Shown here: positions 17,978-26,818 of the stretch, in pieces | Layout: every line of letters begins with the position of its first letter | How positions within the stretch are numbered: the stretch's first letter is position 1 | Source of the DNA: Thermodesulfobacteriota bacterium | GTDB lineage: Bacteria > Desulfobacterota > Dissulfuribacteria > Dissulfuribacterales > QOAL01 | Length of the DNA: 64,000 nt | Assembly (NCBI GenBank): GCA_013154175.1 | Contig: JAADCZ010000144.1 | Location: forward strand, 6,928-70,927 | Direction of reading: 5' to 3' | Position numbers and translations under genes: made by a program | The notes under the pieces: model-generated | The model's input: only the letters and a program-made list of their open reading frames with translations | Told to the model about the DNA's origin: nothing | Databases searched by the model: none

Positions 17978-19174
17978 TTGGAGAACAACCCCTTCCTAAG
18001 CAGAATAAAGGGCCTCCAGAGTAGTATGGAGGCTTCTGGCATTGATGTCGTGCTACTCCGCCAGAATGCCGACCTCTTCTATTTTACCGGAACGGTTCAG
18101 GATGCCCACCTTCTCATACCATCAAAAGGCCAGGCTCACTATCTGGTGTGGCGTTCCTATGACAGGGCCTTGCAGGAGAGTCCCTTGGCCCCGCTGGGGC
18201 TGATACAGCCCCTTAAGGGACTGAGTCATTTTGCGGAAATTGTCCGAAGTCTCCACTTGGATGAGGCAGCCGTGGTTGGCTTGGAAATGGATGTGCTGCC
18301 TGCAGGACTATTCCTTTTTTATAAGGAAACCTTGTGGCCCAAGGCTGAGATCAAGGATATATCGCCCCATGTTCGGAAACTTCGGAGCATAAAGGATGAT
18401 GGAGAGCTAAAGTGTATTAGCGGAGCTGCCCAGCGGGTGCATAAGGTCCTAGAGAGAGTGCCAGAATTTTTCTACACTGGCATGACGGAGCTCGAGTTGG
18501 CTGCGCTAGTTGAGTGCGAGCTTAGAAAAATGGGGCACTGTGGGCTTTTGAGAATGCGTATCTGGAATCAAGAGATGGGCATGGATCAAGTGGTGTCTGG
18601 AAAGTCTGCCCTCAGTCCTTCATGGACCAACACACCGGTTGGTGGGGTAGGGCCACATCCTGCCTTTGGTATGGGGGCATCATTCAAGAAAATTGGAATG
18701 TCAGAGGTTGTAAGTGTGGATATTGGTGGTTGGTATTGCGGCTATTGCTGCGATATCACCAGGCCTTTTTTTGTAGGGCAACCCTCATCCAAGGTTGTGG
18801 AAGTGTTTGATATCGTCAAGGAGCTCATGGGTGAACTGGAAAGGAGACTGGTTCCTGGTGCTATCACCGGTGAGATTTATCAGTATGCCACAGATTTCAT
18901 GGCCAAGGCCGGATACGGGGAAAATTTTATGGGTGTGGGGCAGCAGCGGGTTTCATTCATCGGTCATGGTCTTGGGATAGAGCTTGACGAGTTTCCGTTT
19001 ATTTCCAGGGGAAATAAAATGACCCTGGAGTCTGGAATGGTTGTGGCCTTGGAGCCCAAGGTCATGCTCCCTGAATATGGCGTTGTGGGCCTGGAAGACA
19101 CCTATCTCATCACAAGAGATGGGGGTAAACGACTAACAATTGGTGAGCAGAGACTGGGCCGTCTAGAAATTTAG
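17978..19174 (+). CDS. M24-family Xaa-Pro aminopeptidase
   Basis: It has a creatinase/prolidase-like N-domain (GIDVVLL...LFYFTG) and a pita-bread C-domain (VSVDIGG...GHGLGIELDEFP...ALEPK...EDTYLIT). The start is TTG. Confidence 0.7.
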   Translation: MENNPFLSRIKGLQSSMEASGIDVVLLRQNADLFYFTGTVQDAHLLIPSKGQAHYLVWRSYDRALQESPLAPLGLIQPLKGLSHFAEIVRSLHLDEAAVVGLEMDVLPAGLFLFYKETLWPKAEIKDISPHVRKLRSIKDDGELKCISGAAQRVHKVLERVPEFFYTGMTELELAALVECELRKMGHCGLLRMRIWNQEMGMDQVVSGKSALSPSWTNTPVGGVGPHPAFGMGASFKKIGMSEVVSVDIGGWYCGYCCDITRPFFVGQPSSKVVEVFDIVKELMGELERRLVPGAITGEIYQYATDFMAKAGYGENFMGVGQQRVSFIGHGLGIELDEFPFISRGNKMTLESGMVVALEPKVMLPEYGVVGLEDTYLITRDGGKRLTIGEQRLGRLEI

Positions 19175-19194
19175 ACCAAAATGATTCTACCTTC

Positions 19195-19223
19195 TTGACA
19201 AAGTATTTTCATTATGATAACCA
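19195..19223 (+). promoter_or_regulatory. Putative sigma-70 promoter for the tRNA-Lys/tRNA-Glu pair
   Basis: TTGACA (19195-19200), a 17-nt spacer, then TAACCA (19218-19223), about 38 nt upstream of the tRNA. The -10 element is weak. Confidence 0.3.
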
Positions 19224-19260
19224 TTGCCACCTACCGTTACAAAACGGGCCCAACATACAA

Positions 19261-19336
19261 GGGCCGTTAACTCAGTCGGTAGAGTATCTGCCTTTTAAGC
19301 AGAGAGTCGCTGGTTCGAGTCCAGCACGGCCCACCA
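19261..19336 (+). tRNA. tRNA-Lys (anticodon UUU), CCA encoded
   Basis: I folded a cloverleaf by hand: acceptor GGGCCGT/ACGGCCC, anticodon loop CTTTTAA, T-arm GCTGG-TTCGAGT-CCAGC. It is 76 nt. Confidence 0.9.
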
Positions 19337-19414
19337 GTCCCCGTCGTCTAGCCCGGTCCAGGACACCGGCCTTTCACGCCGGCAACAGGGGTTCAAATCC
19401 CCTCGGGGACGCCA
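19337..19414 (+). tRNA. tRNA-Glu (anticodon UUC), CCA encoded
   Basis: Acceptor GTCCCCG/CGGGGAC, anticodon stem-loop CCGGC-CTTTCAC-GCCGG, T-arm AGGGG-TTCAAAT-CCCCT. It closely resembles canonical bacterial tRNA-Glu. Confidence 0.9.
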
Positions 19415-19425
19415 CGAAAACACAA

Positions 19426-19457
19426 GGAAACCAGGTACAAGTCTGGTTTCCTTTTTT
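19426..19457 (+). terminator. Rho-independent terminator after the tRNA pair
   Basis: GGAAACCAG-gtacaagt-CTGGTTTCC followed by TTTTTT. Confidence 0.7.
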
Positions 19458-19527
19458 AGTTTTCACGTCATTTGAAGATCCTATCAACTACCCTTCTTGG
19501 AATCAAAAGTTCCTGTTTGTCTATTTC

Positions 19528-19569
19528 GTTTCGACATTTATGTCGACCTTTAGACCTGCTTGTCGAAAG
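19528..19569 (+). promoter_or_regulatory. Candidate enhancer (UAS) site: TCGACA/TGTCGA inverted repeats
   Basis: The motif GTTTCGACA occurs once (19528-19536). Its complement TGTCGA(AA) occurs twice, at 19541-19546 and 19561-19568. The sites lie 55-95 nt upstream of the sigma-54 -24 box. Confidence 0.35.
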
Positions 19570-19619
19570 CTTTACCTTTCCTATTAATAACTGTTTAAAA
19601 TTACATGGTAATTTTGAGC

Positions 19620-19635
19620 TGGCACCTTTTGTGCA
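19620..19635 (+). promoter_or_regulatory. Sigma-54 (-24/-12) promoter
   Basis: TGGCACCTTTTGTGCA matches TGGCAC-N5-TTGCA with correct GG-N10-GC spacing, 55 nt upstream of the ATG at 19690. Confidence 0.55.
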
Positions 19636-19689
19636 TTAGACCTCCTAATAAAAAAGTTCCAAATTTTATACACATAGGGAGGTAAAATC

Positions 19690-20733
19690 ATGAAAAAAAC
19701 AGTTAGTATCTTGACCCTCTTCTTGGTGCTGGCAGTTGCTGTTACAAGTGCAATTGCCGCTGGTCGCTGGGGAAGCGGAACAGACCCCTTCACTCAGGAC
19801 TCAAATATCTTCATTATGCCTATCCAGCCACTGGATCAGGCAGAGATAGATGCCCTCATGAAGATGAGGGAGGAAGAGAAGCTTGCAAGGGATGTATATT
19901 TGACCTTGCGAGATAAGTGGCAGCTTCTCATATTTGATGATATTGCAGCAAGCGAGCAGCATCATACTGATATGGTCAAGGATCTCATTACAAAATATGG
20001 TCTGACCGATCCAGTTGTGGACGATACAGTTGGTGCCTTTACTCTGCCTGGATTTAAAGAGCTCTATGATCAGCTTGTTGCCCAGGGAATGAATTCCGTT
20101 GTAGACGCCCTGAAGGTCGGAGCCACCATAGAAGATCTTGATATTAGCGATCTCGATAAGGAGATTGCCCTTACAGACAATGAGGATATAAAAACGGTAT
20201 TTGATAATCTAAGGCGCGGTTCCTACAACCACATGAGGGCCTTCACTGGAGCCCTGGAGGCATACGGTGAAAGCTATACTCCCCAGTACATTTCAGCAGA
20301 AGAATACGAAACCATACTTAGCAGTGCCAGCGGACAGGGTGGCTATGGCTACAAAGGTAGCAATGCAGTAATGCTGCCTGGTCGTTTTAAAAAATATGTT
20401 ATGCCAGAGAAGGCAACATTTACATTTCAGCCCACAATGGAGATTGCCAAGGAGTATCAGGGCCAGACAGCAGAACTTTATGGCCTTTTGTACCTGCCAT
20501 CAATTGACAAATGGTACGTTTTTGATGCACCCAATCACGGAATGGAATGGACTCCAGGTACTGATATAATGCCATTTTCACAGGTTACCCTGTCTGGGGA
20601 CACTGTTGACTTTCCTCTGTTTACGACACCTATTGATCTGTCTGACGTAATTGGAAGTGTAGACGTCTACTATGGTTACAAGCCTGTCGATGGCAATATG
20701 GTTTACACATTTACGAGGCTTTTGTTTGAATAG
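19690..20733 (+). CDS. Secreted DUF2202 (ferritin-like) domain protein with an uncharacterised C-terminal domain
   Basis: It has a signal peptide and the DUF2202-type motif EIDALMKMREEEKLARDVYL...IAASEQHHTDMV. A GGGAGG RBS lies upstream. Confidence 0.7.
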   Translation: MKKTVSILTLFLVLAVAVTSAIAAGRWGSGTDPFTQDSNIFIMPIQPLDQAEIDALMKMREEEKLARDVYLTLRDKWQLLIFDDIAASEQHHTDMVKDLITKYGLTDPVVDDTVGAFTLPGFKELYDQLVAQGMNSVVDALKVGATIEDLDISDLDKEIALTDNEDIKTVFDNLRRGSYNHMRAFTGALEAYGESYTPQYISAEEYETILSSASGQGGYGYKGSNAVMLPGRFKKYVMPEKATFTFQPTMEIAKEYQGQTAELYGLLYLPSIDKWYVFDAPNHGMEWTPGTDIMPFSQVTLSGDTVDFPLFTTPIDLSDVIGSVDVYYGYKPVDGNMVYTFTRLLFE

Positions 20734-20772
20734 ACTCTCGTACCAAGAGTTAGTAATTTGACAAAAGAAAAA

Positions 20773-20798
20773 GGGCCTGAAGACAGGCCCTTTTTTTT
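20773..20798. terminator. Bidirectional Rho-independent terminator
   Basis: GGGCCTG-aaga-CAGGCCC is flanked by an A-run upstream and T8 downstream. It sits between the convergent genes ending at 20733 (+) and 20855 (-). Confidence 0.7.
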
Positions 20799-20854
20799 CA
20801 CCTAAAACTAGGTGATGCCTGGGCAATATGGCTAATATGGCAATAAACTCATTC

Positions 20855-21628
20855 CTACTTGGAGCAGAACTCTTCTAATAGTCCTGCAAGTTTCTTTCCT
20901 GAAAGGAGCATCCCGCCAAATATCGGCCCCATGCGAAAGCCTCCATAGACCGCTGCTGTCGACATGCCGCATACGAACAGCCCTGGATATACCTCTTTTG
21001 TGTTTGTGACAACGGCCTTCTCTGCAGTTTCAGCAAACATGGACCTCTCCCCCATGGGTTTGCCTGTAGGGGTATTGAGCTTTACATCATTTTTGTTTGA
21101 AAGAGTGCGTACTACGTCGTGATCATGGCCTGTGGCATCCACAACTGCCTTGGCTTCAAAGGTCAATGGATCCACGGGAAGCCCTGCCATCTGTGTAAGA
21201 CTCGAATTCACAACGACACCTGCAACCTTGCCATCCCTCACTAGCAAGTCTTCGCATTCAGTAAGGTTGAAGATGTTTACGCCCCTTCTCGTAGCCTCGA
21301 AGATGAGCCCAGAGGCGAAACTGATTGAATCCACACTGAGATACTCGCCCTCATAGGGCCTGTAGGGTATGTTGAATTCATCGAGTATGTCCTTGGCCTC
21401 ATCCTGGATGATGACATACTTGTAACCCATGCCTCCGCCCCAGATGCCGCCACCTGGAGCAAGCCGTTTTTCCAGTATCGTTATGTTAAAACCCTTGGAT
21501 GCAAGTATTCCACCCGCCACCAGTCCGCTGGGGCCAGCACCAACGATAACCACATCGCTTTCAAGGGCCTTGAATAGGCTTGCCACATGATTTTCAACGA
21601 TTCCTTTTGTTATATCAATCTCTCTCAT
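20855..21628 (-). CDS. thi4: Thi4-type thiazole synthase (ADP-thiazole synthase; His-type, non-suicide variant)
   Basis: It has an FAD/NAD fold VVIVGAGPSGL and the Thi4 core. The active-site segment VDATGHDHD has His where yeast THI4 has the sacrificial Cys. Confidence 0.85.
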   Translation of the reverse strand: MREIDITKGIVENHVASLFKALESDVVIVGAGPSGLVAGGILASKGFNITILEKRLAPGGGIWGGGMGYKYVIIQDEAKDILDEFNIPYRPYEGEYLSVDSISFASGLIFEATRRGVNIFNLTECEDLLVRDGKVAGVVVNSSLTQMAGLPVDPLTFEAKAVVDATGHDHDVVRTLSNKNDVKLNTPTGKPMGERSMFAETAEKAVVTNTKEVYPGLFVCGMSTAAVYGGFRMGPIFGGMLLSGKKLAGLLEEFCSK

Positions 21629-21678
21629 CTTTTACTCCTTATCTCCATGCAATTATTTATTCTATGCACTAGGATGCA

Positions 21679-22950
21679 CTACTTTTGCTCCTTCAACACC
21701 AGGAAGACACAGTATTCACCACACATGGTGCAGGCCCCCTGGCCAGAGCGTTCTTCACGCACCCTCTTTGCCCTTTCTGGATCAATGGAAAGTGCTATCT
21801 GCTTATCCCAGTCGAGTGCCTTTCTGGCCTTGGACAGTTCATTGTCCCATTCAATTGCCCCTGGGATGCCTTTGGCTATGTCGGCTGCGTGCGCGGCAAT
21901 TCTGGAGGCAATTACACCATCAAAGACGTCCTGCTCTGTGGGTAGACCCAGGTGTTCCGAAGGGGTGACATAGCAGATGAAATCCGCACCAGACATCCCG
22001 GCCACTCCAGCCCCGATGGCAGAGGTGATGTGATCGTAGCCAGGGGCAACATCTGTAACGATGGGGCCAAGGAGATAGAGTGGGGCATTGTTGGTGAGCC
22101 TCTTGATTCTCTTGACCGATTTTTCAACAAGGTGCAGTGGAACATGCCCAGGACCCTCTATCATGGTCATGACACCCCTTTCAAAGGCACGGGCCTGCAA
22201 CTGCCCCAAAATTTCCTGCTCACCTATCTCTAGGCTGTCTGAGGCATCAAAGAGGGCACCTGGCCTCATGCCGTCTCCGAGGCTCAATACACAGTCATAC
22301 TTCTCAGCCAGATCGAGAAGCCTGTCGTAATATTCGTAAAGGGGGTTTTCCTTGCCGGTGTTCCTGATGTATGCGGCTGTGATGGCGCCTCCACGAGAGA
22401 CAATTCCTTCCAGTCTGAATTCAGGGGGGTACTTGTCTATGAGTTCCTTGACAACACCGCAGTGGACAGTGACGAAATCCACTCCTTCTTCCATCTGTCT
22501 TTGTATGCAGTCAAAGAATTCGTCAACGTCCAGCTTTATCACCGCGCCCCTTTTAATCCTGGCCAAGGTTGCAGCCTCATATATGGGCACAGTACCAACG
22601 GGGACGGTCGAGCGTTTGAGAATGACTCTGCGTATATCGACTATGTTGTCTGCCAGGGACAAATCCATGATGGCGTCTGTTTTGGCCCTGAGTGCAGCAT
22701 CGAGCTTTTTCTCTTCATATTCAATGGAAGAGGTGAGGGTGCTTGCCCCAATGTTTGCGTTTACCTTGGTGGTAACACCGCGGCCCACCACCATCGTGCC
22801 CCGTTCAGTGCGGTAACCCAGCACCACGGCCGTGCCGTCGAGGATGTTTTTTACAAGTTGGGTGGTTTCTATGTTCTCTTTCTTGGCCAGTTCCTTTAAT
22901 TTTTCTGGCACGTGTCCACTTCTAAGTTGGTTAAGCAGGGTTTGAGACAT
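21679..22950 (-). CDS. thiC: Phosphomethylpyrimidine synthase ThiC
   Basis: ThiC similarity runs the full length (GTVPIYEA, VDFVTVHCG, IVSRGG, GPGHVPL, DHITSAIG, C-terminal CTMCGEYC). I chose the ATG at 22950 because a GGAGGA RBS precedes it. Confidence 0.95.
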   Translation of the reverse strand: MSQTLLNQLRSGHVPEKLKELAKKENIETTQLVKNILDGTAVVLGYRTERGTMVVGRGVTTKVNANIGASTLTSSIEYEEKKLDAALRAKTDAIMDLSLADNIVDIRRVILKRSTVPVGTVPIYEAATLARIKRGAVIKLDVDEFFDCIQRQMEEGVDFVTVHCGVVKELIDKYPPEFRLEGIVSRGGAITAAYIRNTGKENPLYEYYDRLLDLAEKYDCVLSLGDGMRPGALFDASDSLEIGEQEILGQLQARAFERGVMTMIEGPGHVPLHLVEKSVKRIKRLTNNAPLYLLGPIVTDVAPGYDHITSAIGAGVAGMSGADFICYVTPSEHLGLPTEQDVFDGVIASRIAAHAADIAKGIPGAIEWDNELSKARKALDWDKQIALSIDPERAKRVREERSGQGACTMCGEYCVFLVLKEQK

Positions 22951-22972
22951 CGGTTCCTCCAATGCATGAAAT

Positions 22973-23000
22973 AAAAAAGCCGTCCAGCTTTGGGACGGCT
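22973..23000 (-). terminator. Riboswitch expression-platform terminator (attenuator)
   Basis: On the minus strand, AAGCCGTCC-caaagct-GGACGGCTT is followed by TTTTAT. It lies between the TPP aptamer and the thiC RBS. Confidence 0.55.
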
Positions 23001-23022
23001 TGAAATGGCAACTATCTTCAAG

Positions 23023-23118
<96 letters not shown>

Positions 23119-23306
23119 TAATTTTTGTGTTTCTCAGAAGTATTATAAGAAAGGGATTTAGTCAAGAAGTTAATGTTAAAGTGATGTAACAGGAGAATTT
23201 TCAGTGAGAAGACCTGTTTTTATAGGTTCAAGGGGAATTTTCGTGTTGAAAAATCACCTGCCTGAAAGTAAACCTTTGAGATAAAAATTTTCTGGAGGGG
23301 TTTGTC

Positions 23307-24716
23307 GTGGCAAAAATTCAGTTCTTTGGAGCAGCGCAGACAGTCACAGGTTCATGTCACATGCTTAAGTTCGGCTCTAGAAGATTCATTCTGGATGCCG
23401 GTCAGTTTCAGGGTCCGTGGGAGATCGAGAAGCTGAACTACAAGGGCTTTGGTTTTCAACCTTCTAGGGTGGATGGAATGATATTGAGCCACGGTCATCT
23501 GGATCACTGTGGAAGAATCCCCCTTTTGCAAAAGGGTGGTTTTACAGGGAGGATCTATTGTACCCCTCCGACTGTCGATATAGCTTCGCTGATATTGTTG
23601 GATGCCGCCCATGTACTCAAGGAAGAATTCGTCTGGAAGAAAAGGCGCCTGACCCGTGCAGGTATCAAGGTCTTGGAGCCCCTGTTCTCTGCTGAAGATG
23701 TCTATTACAGCATGGAGTTGTTTGGGCCGGCAGTTTCCTACGGCAAGAGGGTGGAGATAGCCCCTGGAATTGGCCTGACCTTTCATTTGAACGATGCAGG
23801 CCATGTTTTGGGCTCTTCCCAGATTGTTGTTGACTATTTTGACAGAAGGGGAAAGAAGAAAAAGCTTCTCTACACCGGGGATCTTGGAGATGGAGGAAGG
23901 CCTTTAGTCAGCGATCCTGCCCCTCCAGAGAAAGACATCGATGTATTGGTGATGGAATCCACCTATGGAGACAGGGATCATAAATCCTACGATGCCTCCG
24001 TTGAGGAGCTTGAAGAGGCAATAATTTCCACAATGAAAAGGCGTGGGGCTGTACTTATTCCGACCTTTGCCCTGGAACGCGCCCAGGAGATACTTTATCA
24101 CATAGGCATGATGAAAAAGACAGGGAAACTTTCCAAGAAGGTCCCTGTGTTTCTAAATAGTCCCCTGGCCATAAATCTCACGAGGATTTATGAAAAACAT
24201 TGCGGATATTGCAATCATGACAACTTTGGTGACTTCAAAAAGGGAGACCATCCATTCAATTTCCCCGGTTTGCACTACACAGAAACAGCCGAGGAATCCA
24301 AGGCCATACACAATGTCCAGGGCCCCAAAATCGTGCTTGCAGGAAGCGGCATGATGACAGGGGGCCGCATAAAGCATCACTTGAAACATCTTCTCTGGAA
24401 AGAGACCACAACCTTGATAATTGTTGGATATCAGGCAGAGGGAACCCTGGGAAGAAAGATAATAGAGGGGGCAAAAGAGGTTAAGATTTTTGGCGAACCC
24501 ATTGCCGTTCGTGCCAGGGTCTACACAATAAACGGCTTTTCCGCCCATGCAGATCGTACAAATCTGCTAAATTATGTTAAGGCAGCACGGCCCAAAAAAT
24601 TGTTCTTGGTACACGGAGAACCAAGGGCACAGGCTGCCCTGGCATCAACCATCCAGAAGGTTTTGCCTCGGACGAAAGTTCATGTACCTGCTCTTAAGGA
24701 ATCATTCGTGATTTGA
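23307..24716 (+). CDS. MBL-fold / beta-CASP family hydrolase (RNA-metabolising, CPSF/RNase J-like)
   Basis: It has the HGHLDHCG metallo-beta-lactamase motif, a beta-CASP layout (ESTYGDRDH ... GFSAHAD) and a GTG start with a GGAGGGG RBS. Confidence 0.75.
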   Translation: MAKIQFFGAAQTVTGSCHMLKFGSRRFILDAGQFQGPWEIEKLNYKGFGFQPSRVDGMILSHGHLDHCGRIPLLQKGGFTGRIYCTPPTVDIASLILLDAAHVLKEEFVWKKRRLTRAGIKVLEPLFSAEDVYYSMELFGPAVSYGKRVEIAPGIGLTFHLNDAGHVLGSSQIVVDYFDRRGKKKKLLYTGDLGDGGRPLVSDPAPPEKDIDVLVMESTYGDRDHKSYDASVEELEEAIISTMKRRGAVLIPTFALERAQEILYHIGMMKKTGKLSKKVPVFLNSPLAINLTRIYEKHCGYCNHDNFGDFKKGDHPFNFPGLHYTETAEESKAIHNVQGPKIVLAGSGMMTGGRIKHHLKHLLWKETTTLIIVGYQAEGTLGRKIIEGAKEVKIFGEPIAVRARVYTINGFSAHADRTNLLNYVKAARPKKLFLVHGEPRAQAALASTIQKVLPRTKVHVPALKESFVI

Positions 24717-25091
24717 TGAGATAAGTTTTTCTACGGCTTCCTTTAACTTTTGGACATCGAAGGGCTTGCCCATTATGTAGTCGGCATTCTTCTCTTGGGC
24801 GAGCTCTTCGGCATGGTATCCATAACCTGTGATCGCTATGACGGGGATCTCGGGGTGTTCCTTTTTCAGGATGGATATTATGCCGATGCCGCTCACATAA
24901 GGCATTGCTATGTCCGTGATGACAAGGTCATAGGGACGCTCTTTTATCCTGTTGAGACCTTCGAGCCCGTCGGCTGCAGTAACGGTTTCATACCCCAGAA
25001 ACGTCAGGTAGTCGTTGAGCATGCTCCTGACTTCGTCGTCATCTTCCACTACTAGGACAACTCTTTTGTCCACTGCCTTGTCTTTTGACAT
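24702..25091 (-). CDS. Single-domain response regulator (CheY-like receiver)
   Basis: It has VVLVVEDDDE...DLVITDIAMPYVSG...MGKP receiver motifs. At 129 aa it has no output domain. Confidence 0.85.
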   Translation of the reverse strand: MSKDKAVDKRVVLVVEDDDEVRSMLNDYLTFLGYETVTAADGLEGLNRIKERPYDLVITDIAMPYVSGIGIISILKKEHPEIPVIAITGYGYHAEELAQEKNADYIMGKPFDVQKLKEAVEKLISSNHE

Positions 25092-25093
25092 GA

Positions 25094-25537
25094 TCAGGAA
25101 TAGTCTCCTCTTGTAATCTTGATTTTTTCTACGGTAGTAAGGACTGCGATCTCATCAATAGTCTGTCTCAAAGGGTCTCCCTGCTCAAGGTTCTCTTTGA
25201 GGGATAAAAGCTCCTCGGTGTTGCTGTCCAAAGCGCTGACAGCGGAATCAACAGAAGATATAGAGCCAGTGGACCCGTCCAAGAGGTCTGCCAGGTGGTT
25301 TAGCAAGGTTAAGGCCTCCTCGCTACGAGAGATGGCATCCTTCTGAGCGGGGCTGAAGTCCATAGAATTGAACAACTGGCTGTTGGATATAGAAATATCG
25401 GCCCTATTTTCCTGGATGTTTCGCGCACTTTCAAGTATTTCAGAAAAATTTGCCTGAGCCCTATCCATCTTCTGGGACTGCGTATTCTTGGATACAGCCT
25501 GATTAAACTCCGTACCAAAGGGTTTATCGACCTTCAT
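25094..25537 (-). CDS. Hypothetical protein (weak resemblance to DUF327/YaaR family)
   Basis: This 147-aa ORF lies 3 nt upstream of the response regulator. The ANFSEILES segment and overall length are reminiscent of YaaR-like proteins, but the assignment is not secure. Confidence 0.4.
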   Translation of the reverse strand: MKVDKPFGTEFNQAVSKNTQSQKMDRAQANFSEILESARNIQENRADISISNSQLFNSMDFSPAQKDAISRSEEALTLLNHLADLLDGSTGSISSVDSAVSALDSNTEELLSLKENLEQGDPLRQTIDEIAVLTTVEKIKITRGDYS

Positions 25538-25695
25538 AGCCAGCCTCCTAATTTTATTCGTATATTTAAATAAATTTGATCTGTCAACAAGTTAATGGCA
25601 TTTTTTTGCCCATTTATCTAGGCAAATATTGCCAGGTAATTCGCCGCTGGCCTTAAGCACTTGCCCAATTTTTGCTGTATAATTATCATGCAGCT

Positions 25696-26787
25696 ATGGA
25701 ACATTTAACAAAAAAATCAAAAAACAAAAAAAGATCCACCAGGACGATCCATGTTGGCGACGTGGCCATAGGCGGCGATAATCCTGTTGTTGTACAGTCA
25801 ATGTGCAACACCGATACCAGAGACGTAACGGCCACTGTAAACCAGATTAAGAGGCTTGAGCGCGCCGGATGTGAGATAATCCGGGTGGCCGTCCCTGATA
25901 TGAAGGCTGCACAGGCCATAGCCGAGATTGTCAAAGCAATAACCATTCCGCTCATTGCAGACATTCATTTCGACTGGCGTTTGGCAGTGGCGGCAATGGA
26001 AAGCGGTGCCAAGGGCATAAGGATAAATCCTGGCAATATTGGCGGGCTAAGCAAGCTCAAAAAGGTTATAGACAAGGCAAAGGAATATTCGGTCCCCATC
26101 AGAATAGGAGTAAATTCGGGTTCTCTTGAAAAGGATATCAGGGCCAAATATGGTCACCCGGTGCCAGAGGCCCTTGTTGAAAGCGCTCTTAGAAATATTG
26201 AACTCGTTACGGACATGGGCTTCGACCAGATAAAGATTTCCATAAAGTCCTCGGACGTCCTGGATACAGTGGAGGCCTACAGGCTTCTTTCCCAGAAGAC
26301 GGACTTCCCATTACATCTTGGGGTCACGGAAGCAGGGGGGCTCATAGCGGGAACGGTCAAGAGTTCAGTTGCCCTTGGAGCACTGCTCATGGAAGGCATC
26401 GGAGACACCATGAGGGTTTCCCTTACACGGGATCCGGAAGAAGAGATACACGTTGCCTATGAGATACTAAAGGCCGTCAAGCTTAGGCAGCGGGGCCCAG
26501 AGATCATTTCCTGCCCCACTTGTGGACGCTGCGAGATCGACCTTTTCTCCATTGCCGAGGAGGTGGAAAAAAGGGCCAGGGCCATATCCAAGCCAGTGAA
26601 ATTGGCGGTTATGGGTTGTATAGTTAACGGCCCTGGCGAGGCCCGTGAGGCCGATCTTGGCCTGGCCGGTGGCAAAGGTGTAGGTATAATATTTAAAGGA
26701 GACAAGATTCTCAAAAAGGTGAAGGAAGAAGAGCTTCTAGATGCCTTTTGGCAAGAGGTCGAAGGACTGGTTGAATCGAGTGACTAA
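25696..26787 (+). CDS. ispG: 4-hydroxy-3-methylbut-2-en-1-yl diphosphate synthase IspG (GcpE)
   Basis: It has TRTIHVGDVAIGGDNPVVVQSM, ADIHFD, RINPGNIG and C-terminal CPTCGRC...GCIVNGPGEA. I preferred the ATG at 25696 over the TTG at 25672, but neither has a clear RBS. Confidence 0.9.
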   Translation: MEHLTKKSKNKKRSTRTIHVGDVAIGGDNPVVVQSMCNTDTRDVTATVNQIKRLERAGCEIIRVAVPDMKAAQAIAEIVKAITIPLIADIHFDWRLAVAAMESGAKGIRINPGNIGGLSKLKKVIDKAKEYSVPIRIGVNSGSLEKDIRAKYGHPVPEALVESALRNIELVTDMGFDQIKISIKSSDVLDTVEAYRLLSQKTDFPLHLGVTEAGGLIAGTVKSSVALGALLMEGIGDTMRVSLTRDPEEEIHVAYEILKAVKLRQRGPEIISCPTCGRCEIDLFSIAEEVEKRARAISKPVKLAVMGCIVNGPGEAREADLGLAGGKGVGIIFKGDKILKKVKEEELLDAFWQEVEGLVESSD

Positions 26788-26818
26788 CTAACGTGCCAAT
26801 GGTTACAGGTGTTTACAT

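Noticed and set aside
19195-19587. A 130-aa ORF spanning the tRNA-Lys/tRNA-Glu genes.
   Set aside because: The region folds into two canonical cloverleaf tRNAs followed by a terminator, so the ORF is an artefact.
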